Source of the DNA: Clostridiales bacterium
Lineage (GTDB): Bacteria; Bacillota; Clostridia; Christensenellales; Aristaeellaceae
Assembly: GCA_004556155.1 (NCBI GenBank)
Contig: SFIM01000024.1
Location: 4,082 to 36,081 of the forward strand
DNA: 32,000 nt
Direction: 5' to 3'
The position numbers and the translations under genes were made by a program. Of this stretch, positions 11,779 through 19,526 are shown in pieces. Position 1 is the first letter of the stretch. The number at the start of each line of letters is the position of its first letter. The notes beneath the pieces are model-generated. The model did no database searches. It was given only the letters and a program-made list of their open reading frames with translations, and was not told the DNA's origin.

Positions 11779-13254
11779 TTACTCGTTGGCCAGACCCTGC
11801 TCAACCAGCTGCTCGGTAGCGAGCTTCATGTAGTCGGCGAACGCATAGTTGTCGTTCAGCTCCTGCACGAAGGCCTCGTACTCGCTGATGGGACGCTCAC
11901 CCTTGATGAAGGCCAGCATCTGGGTTTTTACGTAGTTTTCCATGTCAGCCAGGTTGAAATCATCGGGGAGAACAACGCTGGTGTTGTAGTAGATGTAGCG
12001 GGGAGTAGCCAGACCGAAAGCGGTAGCTTCGCTGGCTTCGGGGAACTTCACCTGCAGATAGAAGGCGTCGTTGCGGCCCAGCAGCTGATACATATGGGTG
12101 TAGTTGGTCAGCTTATCGGCGCCGGGAACCAGGGCGATGGAGCCGTCTTCGTTGCGGGTCCAGTGTTCGTTTTCAACGCCGGCATAAACCAGCATCATGC
12201 CTTCCTCGGTGCACATATACTCGAGCACCTTGAAGATGGCTTCCAGTTCCTTATCGGTCACGTCGGCATTGATGACGGCGTGGTCGCCCGCATACTTGTC
12301 GTACTTGGCAACGCCGTAGCAGGGATCGCCGCCCTGGGACAGAGCGCCAATCCAGGTGTAATCGGCTTCGGGGTTAACTTCCTTGTACTGAGCGACGTAG
12401 GCAGCCTTGAGGATGTTGGACCAAGGCATGGCGGCAACTGCGGTGTTGCAGGCGATAACGTGCGCCTTCACCTGGCTGTTGGAGGAGAACATGTCGGGAT
12501 CCAGCAGGCCTTCGTCGAAGAACTTCTTGCACATTTCCAGCGCTTCGACCATGCGGGGCTGCAGCAGGGAGTTGGTTACTTTGCCGTCGCGGATGATGAC
12601 GTAGTTGCCCAGCACGACGTCATAGGGAGCGGTGATGGCGGACAGACCGTTGATGCCCCAGCCGGTGAAGCCGATGGTGTCCTTGATGCCGTTGCCATCG
12701 GGATCGTTGTTGGCCAGGAAGTGGCAGTAGTCATACAGCTCGTCCACGGTGGTGGGAACCTTCAGATCGGGATACTTTTCGTTCCAGTCGTTGCGAACCA
12801 GGAGCATCAGGTAGTAGTCGCTGATGGCCTTGGCGGCGGGGATGGCATACATTTCGCCGTCATAGTAAAGGGCGGAAATGTTGGTGTCTTCGCCGTAGGA
12901 ACCATAGATGGTGTTGAGCATGTCGGTGTAGCTGGACAGGGGCAGCAGCATATCCTGAGCGGCATAGGTGCGCATCTGGTCAGCATCGCAGAGGAACATG
13001 TGCCAATCGTCGCCGCCCATCAGACGGGCAGCCAGAGAGGTGTCATATTCATCCAGGTAAACAACGCGGAAGTCAACGCCGGTGCGGGCCAGAATGGTCT
13101 GGTACACAAAGTCGTCCTTCAGATCGGTAGGAGCGTTGTTGGCGTTGTCGTTGGTGTAGCAGATGATGGTTACGGGTTCTTCAGCGCTGGCATTGACCAG
13201 ACCGAAGGACAGCACCATCACGGCCACGAGCAGCAGAGAGATGAGCTTCTTCAT
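11779..13254 (-). CDS. Extracellular solute-binding protein of a CUT1/LplA-type sugar ABC importer
   Basis: 491 aa with the N-terminal signal sequence MKKLISLLLVAVMVLSFGLVNASA. The size and sequence style match large family-1 oligosaccharide-binding proteins. AAAGGAGAAAC lies upstream of the ATG. Confidence 0.9.
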   Translation of the reverse strand: MKKLISLLLVAVMVLSFGLVNASAEEPVTIICYTNDNANNAPTDLKDDFVYQTILARTGVDFRVVYLDEYDTSLAARLMGGDDWHMFLCDADQMRTYAAQDMLLPLSSYTDMLNTIYGSYGEDTNISALYYDGEMYAIPAAKAISDYYLMLLVRNDWNEKYPDLKVPTTVDELYDYCHFLANNDPDGNGIKDTIGFTGWGINGLSAITAPYDVVLGNYVIIRDGKVTNSLLQPRMVEALEMCKKFFDEGLLDPDMFSSNSQVKAHVIACNTAVAAMPWSNILKAAYVAQYKEVNPEADYTWIGALSQGGDPCYGVAKYDKYAGDHAVINADVTDKELEAIFKVLEYMCTEEGMMLVYAGVENEHWTRNEDGSIALVPGADKLTNYTHMYQLLGRNDAFYLQVKFPEASEATAFGLATPRYIYYNTSVVLPDDFNLADMENYVKTQMLAFIKGERPISEYEAFVQELNDNYAFADYMKLATEQLVEQGLANE

Positions 13255-13317
13255 AGTGTTTCTCCTTTTTGATTTATTTTAACATGCGATGCAAGCTCGC
13301 ATATTAAGGAGCGGTAA

Positions 13318-14175
13318 TCAGCCCTTCACGGCGCCCGCCAGGGTGCCCTTGACGAAGTACTTCTGGATGAAGGGGTAGATGACGACGATGGGAGCGGTGG
13401 CGAAGCACACGGCGGCCATCTTGAGGGTTTCGGCAGGCACAACCTCGTCGGCGCTCATGTCCATGTTGGCGGCCTTGAGCATACGGCGCAGGATCACCTG
13501 CAAGGGGCGCAGATCCTGATCGGTGATGTAGAGCACAGCCACCATGTAGGCGTTCCAGTGCGCTACGGCATAGTACATACCGATGGTCATCATGATGGGC
13601 AGGGACATGGGCAGCACGATGCGCCACAGCACGCCGAACTCCGTGCAGCCGTCCAGACGAGCGGATTCAAACAGCTCTTCCGGCAGGCCTTCGAAGAAAG
13701 CCTTGGTGATGATCAGGTTATACACGCTGATCATGCCGGGCACGAACATGGCGAACATGGTATTCAGCAGACCCGTAGCCTTAACGATCAGGTAGGTAGG
13801 CACGGTGCCGGCGCTGAAGATCATGGTGAATACAATGCCCTTCATGATGAGCTTGTTGCCGGGCATGCCGTGACGGCTGAGGGGATAGGCCATCAGCAGG
13901 GTGAAGAACAGGTTGCAGATGGTGCCGATAACTGTCAGGCGCACGGTGACCCACAGACCGTTAAGGAGCGAACCGTCCTTGAGCATTTCATGATAAGCGG
14001 TCAGGGTGAACTTGGAGGGGATCAGCACGAAGCCGCCGCGCTTTACCAATTCCGCATAGGGGGTAAAGGACATGGAGATAACATACAGAATCGGGATCAG
14101 GCATACCAGCAGGACGATGATCATGATCGCATAGACAACGATGTTGAATGCGACGTCGTTTTTTGATTTTACCAT
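13318..14175 (-). CDS. Carbohydrate ABC transporter permease (LplC/MalG-like)
   Basis: 285 aa and polytopic. It has an EAA-type loop, FFEGLPEELFESARLDGCTEFGVLWRIVLP. Confidence 0.9.
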   Translation of the reverse strand: MVKSKNDVAFNIVVYAIMIIVLLVCLIPILYVISMSFTPYAELVKRGGFVLIPSKFTLTAYHEMLKDGSLLNGLWVTVRLTVIGTICNLFFTLLMAYPLSRHGMPGNKLIMKGIVFTMIFSAGTVPTYLIVKATGLLNTMFAMFVPGMISVYNLIITKAFFEGLPEELFESARLDGCTEFGVLWRIVLPMSLPIMMTIGMYYAVAHWNAYMVAVLYITDQDLRPLQVILRRMLKAANMDMSADEVVPAETLKMAAVCFATAPIVVIYPFIQKYFVKGTLAGAVKG

Positions 14176-15119
14176 ATCGCGCTATCCCACTTTCTGGCCA
14201 GGGCGTTGGTGCCAAACACCAGCACGCAGCTGAGCACGGATTTCATCAGGCCCACCGCGGTGGACAGGCTGTAATTCATTTTGCCGATACCCTGCGTATA
14301 CACCCAGGTATCGATGATTTCACCGCTGGAACGCACTTCATCGGAGAGGAATACATACACCTGGTTGAAGCCCGCGTCCAGCACCTTGCCGACGTTGAGG
14401 ATCAGCAGGACAACGAAGATCTTGCGGATGCAGGGCAGGGTGATGTACCAGATCTGGCGGAAACGGCCGCAGCCATCCACCGTGGCGGCCTCGTACAGCG
14501 AGGTATCGATGCCCATGATGGCGGCCAGATAGATGATGGCGCCCCAGCCCAGAGCCTTCCACAGGTCGGTGCCTACCAGCACGGCCTGGAAGTATTTGTT
14601 GCTGGTCATAAAGGGAATGGCGGTGCCGCCCATCTTTTTAATGAAGGTATTGACAACGCCGTTGCTCTGCGAGAGCATAGCCACGCAGATACCGTACACA
14701 ACAACCCAGCTGAGGAAGTGGGGCAGGTAACTGATGGTCTGCACGATGCGGGCAAAGAAGCGGTTGCGGCACTCAGATACCGCCAGGGCGAAGATCAGCG
14801 AGGGGAACAGACCCACAGCCAGCTTCCACAGCGACAGCGTGATGGTGTTTTTAATCACGTTGCGGTTGGCAGGGCTGGAGAAAAACTGCTCAAAATACTT
14901 GTACCAGGGCGTTACCCACGGGCTGCCCAGGATACCCTTTTTGATGCTGAACTTTTTGAAGGCGATGACCAGGCCGTACATGGGGGCGTACTTGTACACC
15001 AGGAAATAAATGATGCCGGGCAGCAACATCAGGTACAGCGGCCACCAGCGCGTCATGGCGCGGCGAAAGCGCACGCCAAGCGGCTGCTTGTTGGCGGGAT
15101 AGAGGGGTGTGGTGCTCAT
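14169..15119 (-). CDS. Carbohydrate ABC transporter permease (LplB/MalF-like)
   Basis: Contains the EAA loop LYEAATVDGCGRFRQIWYITLP. Start chosen at the ATG at 15119 (MSTTPLYP), 4 nt after AAGGAGGA. Its stop overlaps the next permease's start by 7 nt. Confidence 0.9.
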   Translation of the reverse strand: MSTTPLYPANKQPLGVRFRRAMTRWWPLYLMLLPGIIYFLVYKYAPMYGLVIAFKKFSIKKGILGSPWVTPWYKYFEQFFSSPANRNVIKNTITLSLWKLAVGLFPSLIFALAVSECRNRFFARIVQTISYLPHFLSWVVVYGICVAMLSQSNGVVNTFIKKMGGTAIPFMTSNKYFQAVLVGTDLWKALGWGAIIYLAAIMGIDTSLYEAATVDGCGRFRQIWYITLPCIRKIFVVLLILNVGKVLDAGFNQVYVFLSDEVRSSGEIIDTWVYTQGIGKMNYSLSTAVGLMKSVLSCVLVFGTNALARKWDSAIW

Positions 15120-15220
15120 GCTTCCTCCTTGGCAGGGTGCGGACGAAAAAGACGGGGCATCCTGCTGCAACGTGTTTTGCGCATTGGGGTTAAAATACTG
15201 CGAGATAGAATTCAGAAGTT

Positions 15221-15250
15221 ATTATATTATGTACGAACATAGCTTGTCAA
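15221..15250 (-). promoter_or_regulatory. Near-consensus sigma-A promoter of the ABC importer operon
   Basis: The reverse strand reads TTGACA (15250-15245), an 18-nt spacer, then TATAAT (15226-15221). This leaves a leader of roughly 95 nt to the ATG at 15119. Confidence 0.65.
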
Positions 15251-15264
15251 GGGGTTTGTAGTAT

Positions 15265-15285
15265 GCAATATGTGACATCCTGCGC
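15265..15285. promoter_or_regulatory. Candidate regulator-binding site, copy 1 (GCAATATGTGACA core)
   Basis: GCAATATGTGACATCCTGCGC. The 13-nt core is identical to copy 2 and contains the palindrome ATGT-G-ACAT. It lies 15 nt upstream of the -35. Confidence 0.4.
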
Positions 15286-15335
15286 AAATTGTTACCAGTT
15301 TTCGTGGCAACCTGTCTGAAAGCCTCCACGGACAG

Positions 15336-15356
15336 GCAATATGTGACACATTGCGC
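15336..15356. promoter_or_regulatory. Candidate regulator-binding site, copy 2 (GCAATATGTGACA core)
   Basis: GCAATATGTGACACATTGCGC. It contains the palindrome ATGTG-A-CACAT and sits 71 bp from copy 1, just downstream of the GntR gene's stop. Confidence 0.4.
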
Positions 15357-15397
15357 GGCTGAGAATAGCGGGGGTTTATGGGGATAAAACGCCCATA

Positions 15398-16120
15398 TTA
15401 CGCCTTTACCTTCAGCTCAAATTCGTTCTTGGCGATGGGGTACAGGCTGATGGTGTATTCCAGCGGGAACTGCTTTTGATCCCAGGCGGTGGAGGTGATG
15501 GCGATGGCCAGGGAACCGCTGTCCACGCCCATCAGGTGGCACTGCCGGTCGGTCAGCGCCTGGGCGGAAAGGTGCTTGTCAAAGATAGTCCGTACATAGC
15601 CGTTTTCCTTGAGCACCTTGTACAGCGGGGTGGTTTCCAGATCGTAATTCTGGAAAAACTCCAGAAAATCCGCGCGGAAGTGCGATGTAGTCAGCACCAG
15701 GGGTCCGGTGGCGAAGGCGTCCTTGGGATAGCGCAGGCGCGTCATTTGCAGCAGCCGCGCATCGGGGGCCAGCGCCAGCTTTTCATTGATCTCCGGAATG
15801 GCCGGGACAGTGCGGAAGGACAGCAATTCCGTGCAGGGAATCAATCCGCGCTTTTCCAAATCCTGGGCGAAGGAGTTGATAAACAGCGTGGTATCCTGCA
15901 AATGCACCTCGCTGGATACGTAGGTGCCTACGCCCTTGACGCGCGTAAGCAGCCCCTCCTCCACCAGGCGGGACATGGCCATGCGGATGGTGGAACGGCT
16001 GACGCCATATTGCTTGCACAGATCCACCTCGCGTGGGATCAGATCGCCCGCGACCCAGTCGCGGCTGCTGATCTTATCGCGCATGGAGGACAGCACAGAT
16101 TCATAAAGCGGGATCGCCAT
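15398..16120 (-). CDS. GntR-family transcriptional regulator, HutC subfamily (wHTH + UTRA effector domain)
   Basis: The N-terminus LIPREVDLCKQYGVSRSTIRMAMSRLVEEGLLTRVKGVGTYV is a GntR wHTH, and the ~150-aa C-terminal domain is UTRA-like. GGAGAGGAGG lies upstream of the ATG. Confidence 0.9.
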   Translation of the reverse strand: MAIPLYESVLSSMRDKISSRDWVAGDLIPREVDLCKQYGVSRSTIRMAMSRLVEEGLLTRVKGVGTYVSSEVHLQDTTLFINSFAQDLEKRGLIPCTELLSFRTVPAIPEINEKLALAPDARLLQMTRLRYPKDAFATGPLVLTTSHFRADFLEFFQNYDLETTPLYKVLKENGYVRTIFDKHLSAQALTDRQCHLMGVDSGSLAIAITSTAWDQKQFPLEYTISLYPIAKNEFELKVKA

Positions 16121-16150
16121 GAGATAACCTCCTCTCCTGATTGATAACGG

Positions 16151-17935
16151 TTAATCGGGCAGGGTGAACACCTGATCGTAGGCTGTCAGCCATTCATGCT
16201 TGGCATAATCGAAGGCGCGCAGCAGCAGCGTTTTGCCAAATACATACACAAAGCAGCCGCAGTGGCACAGGCCGGGCGCGTCCTTCTCGTTGGGGCCGTA
16301 GCCATAGGCGCAGCCGCGCACGCCGGGCATATCAATGACGGTGTAGCGCTCGTCCTCCAGGTAGTTGATGCCCGCGCCGCCGCCGAAGCCATGGTGCACA
16401 TGACCCGTGCACAGCACCACGTCCGGATGGCTGCGCAGCACGTCGTACAGGCCGTTTTCCCGGATGATGACGCTGTGCTCACGGTAATTGCCCTGGGACT
16501 GACGATCCAGCAGCTTGCGCACGCTGTTGTGAATCACCAGGAAAACGGGCTTGCCCTGGCCGCAGTAGCGATCCAGCCGCTCACGCAGATAGTCGATCTG
16601 CTCGGGCTTGATTTCGCCCGCATGGATCCACATGCCCTTGTAGCCCGTTACCGTATAGGTATCGCTGTACTGCGCCAGCACGATCACATGGCAGCCGTTG
16701 ACCTCGCCTTCATAGAACAGCTTGCTGTAATCGGCGGGTACCATGCCGTGCTGATGCAGGTGATCGCAGTGATAGCGCACCAGCTCGTTGCACTTGAGCT
16801 CCAGCGTTTCATGGTTGCCCACGGTGACGAACAGCGGCTTGTCCGCCCATTCATCCTCGATCATATGCCAATAGCTGTCCAGCTCAAAATCCTTGCCGAA
16901 GAAGGAGTAATCGCCGCCGTCGATCACCGCGTCCATGCCCAATTCCTGCGCCCAACGATAGGCGCGGCGGGTGGTCAGCGTGCGCAGGCCGTCGTCGCCG
17001 TCGCAATGCTCATCGGAGATCAGAAAGAGCTTCAGATCGGGCTGATTGGTCTTTAGCAGGAAGGCTTCGTATTCCTCCCGCAGCAGGTGATACAGCGCCA
17101 TGGGGTTTTCGCTGGTCTGCGCCTGCTCGGCCAGCCAGCGGGCGTGGGAGAGCAGCTTCTGCGCGGCGGCAGGATTGTAGATCGGACCCTGATCCAGCTT
17201 GCGGCCGGCAATTTCACAGGCCAGCTGGCTGGTTGCACCCACATAATAACGGCGGGCGACTTCAGCTTCGCTCATTACGCCCTGTTCCAGCGCAAAATCC
17301 GCCAGCGTATCCGGCCCCAGGCCGAAGGCGCCGTTTGCGTCCGCGCCCACGGTCAGCGGCTGATCGCCCAGGGAAAGCGCCTGCCACTGGCTGATCACGG
17401 CTTCGCGGTAAACCTGCCCATCCACATACAGGCGCAGCAGACCCGCGCGGTCGGCGGTCAGCACGATCATATGCCAGCGGCCGTCGCACACAGGGCGTAC
17501 GCTGCCAAACTGCACCGGCTTATCCGCGCCCTCGGGCATAAAGTTAACAGTCAAAAAAGCGCGGGGCTGCAGCACGGCTACGCTCAGACCCGGACGGTAT
17601 GCGCCGTCAAAGGCGCAGTTGGCGCACAGCACGCCGCCATGAGCCAGCTGGCCGGGGGTCTGCGCGGCACGATCCACAAAATCGCAATAGCCCAGATAAT
17701 CCGCCGGATCGCCGCACCAGCCGTTGCAGCCGTTGCGGTCGGTCTTGAGCCACAGACGCAGGGTAAAATCATCTGCGCCCAGGGTGCTGCCGGTCAGGGT
17801 GATTTTGTCCTTGGCGCTTTGCCCGGCGGTATTGTCAAAATAAAGGGCGACGCCGCCGTCGTGCGCGGTCGTTTCGGTACAGCCGGAACGCAGGACGTTT
17901 TGATCAAAAAGGGTGAAAATTTCAGCAGGATTCAT
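16151..17935 (-). CDS. Fusion protein: N-terminal LamG/concanavalin-like domain + C-terminal calcineurin-like metallophosphoesterase
   Basis: The N-terminal ~240 aa has a LamG_3-like pattern (DDFTLRLWLK...GRWHMIVLTADRAGLLRLYVDGQ). The C-terminal half carries the phosphoesterase motifs ISDEHCDGDD, GGDYSFFG, VGNHE, VIHNS and GHVHHG. No signal peptide. GGATGGAGG lies upstream of the ATG. Confidence 0.85.
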   Translation of the reverse strand: MNPAEIFTLFDQNVLRSGCTETTAHDGGVALYFDNTAGQSAKDKITLTGSTLGADDFTLRLWLKTDRNGCNGWCGDPADYLGYCDFVDRAAQTPGQLAHGGVLCANCAFDGAYRPGLSVAVLQPRAFLTVNFMPEGADKPVQFGSVRPVCDGRWHMIVLTADRAGLLRLYVDGQVYREAVISQWQALSLGDQPLTVGADANGAFGLGPDTLADFALEQGVMSEAEVARRYYVGATSQLACEIAGRKLDQGPIYNPAAAQKLLSHARWLAEQAQTSENPMALYHLLREEYEAFLLKTNQPDLKLFLISDEHCDGDDGLRTLTTRRAYRWAQELGMDAVIDGGDYSFFGKDFELDSYWHMIEDEWADKPLFVTVGNHETLELKCNELVRYHCDHLHQHGMVPADYSKLFYEGEVNGCHVIVLAQYSDTYTVTGYKGMWIHAGEIKPEQIDYLRERLDRYCGQGKPVFLVIHNSVRKLLDRQSQGNYREHSVIIRENGLYDVLRSHPDVVLCTGHVHHGFGGGAGINYLEDERYTVIDMPGVRGCAYGYGPNEKDAPGLCHCGCFVYVFGKTLLLRAFDYAKHEWLTAYDQVFTLPD

Positions 17936-17965
17936 CAGACGCCTCCATCCTATAAGTTATGACAT

Positions 17966-17994
17966 ATTATAATACAAATCGCCATATGTTTCAA
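17966..17994 (-). promoter_or_regulatory. Near-consensus sigma-A promoter of the LamG-phosphoesterase/GntR transcript
   Basis: The reverse strand reads TTGAAA (17994-17989), a 17-nt spacer, then TATAAT (17971-17966), about 30 nt upstream of the ATG at 17935. Confidence 0.6.
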
Positions 17995-17997
17995 TGC

Positions 17998-18025
17998 TTG
18001 TTTTTTATAGAAAAGCTGTTATAAT
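17998..18025 (+). promoter_or_regulatory. Putative divergent promoter of the sulfatase/FAD-oxidoreductase pair
   Basis: TTGTTT (17998-18003), a 16-nt spacer, then the extended -10 TGTTATAAT (18017-18025). It sits back to back with the minus-strand promoter. Confidence 0.5.
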
Positions 18026-18071
18026 AGGATTTACTCGGATTTTAACGAAACGCGACGATGGGGAGGAAGCT

Positions 18072-19505
18072 ATGAAACCAAACATTGTGTTCATTACATC
18101 GGATCAGCAGCGGCGCGATAGCCTGGGCATTTACGGCTGCCGCTATGTCAGTACCCCCAATCTGGATCGCCTGGGCAGCCAGGCCACCGTGTACGAGCAT
18201 TGCTACTGCAACGCCCCCGTATGTACGCCCAGCCGCGCCTGCATGATGACGGGCAAAACCATGCCCGGCCACGGCGTGTATAACCTGTTTGATATTTTGC
18301 CGGAAAACGAAAAGATGCTGCCCTATTATCTGCGAGAGCAAGGCTACGAAACGGCGCTGGTGGGCAAGCTGCACGTCAGCGGCACGGAGTATGAGGTAAA
18401 TAAGCGCAACCCCGGCGACGGCTTTGATATTTATGATCTGGCGCACGAGCCCAGCGTTTACACCGAGGCTCCCTATAATGCCTACGCCCGCTGGCTGCTG
18501 GAAAACTATCCTGACGAGTGGCGCGCCATCCGCGCCCAGGGCCGCAAGCGCAAGCACCGCAGCGCCGAAACGCATTTTTCCACCTGGGTCAGCCAGCGCT
18601 CGGCCGAGGTGATCCGCAACCGCGATAAGTCCAAGCCCCTGTATCTGCAGGTGGGCTACTTTGATCCCCATAATCCTTATGATCATTATCCGCTGGAAAG
18701 CGAGCAGCTGCTGCATCCGGAGTACTATCCGGAGGTCATCCCGGACGATGTATCCGCCATGCCCGAGGCCTTGCAGCTGGAGGCGCACTATCACTGCCCC
18801 GCCACCCTGGGCGCGACGGGCGATACCAACCGCAAGATCCGCACGGGCTACTTTGCCGGCGTGTCCTTCCTGGATCAGCAGATCGAAAAGATCTTCCAGG
18901 CGCTCAAGGATGAAGGCATCTTTGATAACACGCTGATTATCTATACCTCCGATCACGGCGATATGCTGGGCGACCACGGCCTGTATTCCAAGGGCGCGAT
19001 GTTTTATGAGCAGGGCGTCAATGTGCCTCTGATTGTCAAGTTCCCCCATCAGACGCAGGGCTGCCGCAGTGAGGATCTGGTGATGCTGGAGGATATGTTC
19101 TCCACCATTTATACCGCCGCGGGCGGCGACGCCAGCTTCCGCCCCGAAAGCCTGCCGCTCCAGGGTGAAAAGAAGCACGAGTTTGCCATGACCGAATATC
19201 GCGGCTGCGGCAAGTTCGATCTGATGGGCTTCCCGCACATCCTGCACGCCACCATGATCCGCACGGCGGAATGGAAGCTGAACCTGTATCACGATACCTG
19301 CGACGGCCAGCTCTTCCACCTGACCGAGGATCCGCAGGAAAAGAACAACCTCTACCACGATCCTGCCTGCGCGGGCAAGATCATGGAGCTGATGCAGATG
19401 TATCTGCGCTACGATACGGAGCGCGATTACAACTATAACGCAGAGCGCGGCGGCCGCTCGGGCATCCCCGGCTTTGCCAAGGCCATTTGCGAAATCAAGC
19501 TTTGA
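18072..19505 (+). CDS. Sulfatase, S1 formylglycine-dependent family, Cys-type
   Basis: MKPNIVFITSDQQRRD... followed by the signature CTPSRACMMTGK (C-x-P-x-R). Downstream conserved blocks include YTSDHGDMLGDHG. No signal peptide. GGGAGGAAG lies 2 nt before the ATG at 18072. Confidence 0.92.
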   Translation: MKPNIVFITSDQQRRDSLGIYGCRYVSTPNLDRLGSQATVYEHCYCNAPVCTPSRACMMTGKTMPGHGVYNLFDILPENEKMLPYYLREQGYETALVGKLHVSGTEYEVNKRNPGDGFDIYDLAHEPSVYTEAPYNAYARWLLENYPDEWRAIRAQGRKRKHRSAETHFSTWVSQRSAEVIRNRDKSKPLYLQVGYFDPHNPYDHYPLESEQLLHPEYYPEVIPDDVSAMPEALQLEAHYHCPATLGATGDTNRKIRTGYFAGVSFLDQQIEKIFQALKDEGIFDNTLIIYTSDHGDMLGDHGLYSKGAMFYEQGVNVPLIVKFPHQTQGCRSEDLVMLEDMFSTIYTAAGGDASFRPESLPLQGEKKHEFAMTEYRGCGKFDLMGFPHILHATMIRTAEWKLNLYHDTCDGQLFHLTEDPQEKNNLYHDPACAGKIMELMQMYLRYDTERDYNYNAERGGRSGIPGFAKAICEIKL

Positions 19506-19526
19506 TAGAAAACCTGGAGGCACAAT

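Noticed and set aside
11764-13272. 502-aa plus-strand ORF opposite the solute-binding protein gene
   Set aside because: It is an antisense shadow with repetitive Gly/Val/Ala/His composition, no SD and no motif. The minus-strand gene has a signal peptide, an SD and family-typical sequence.
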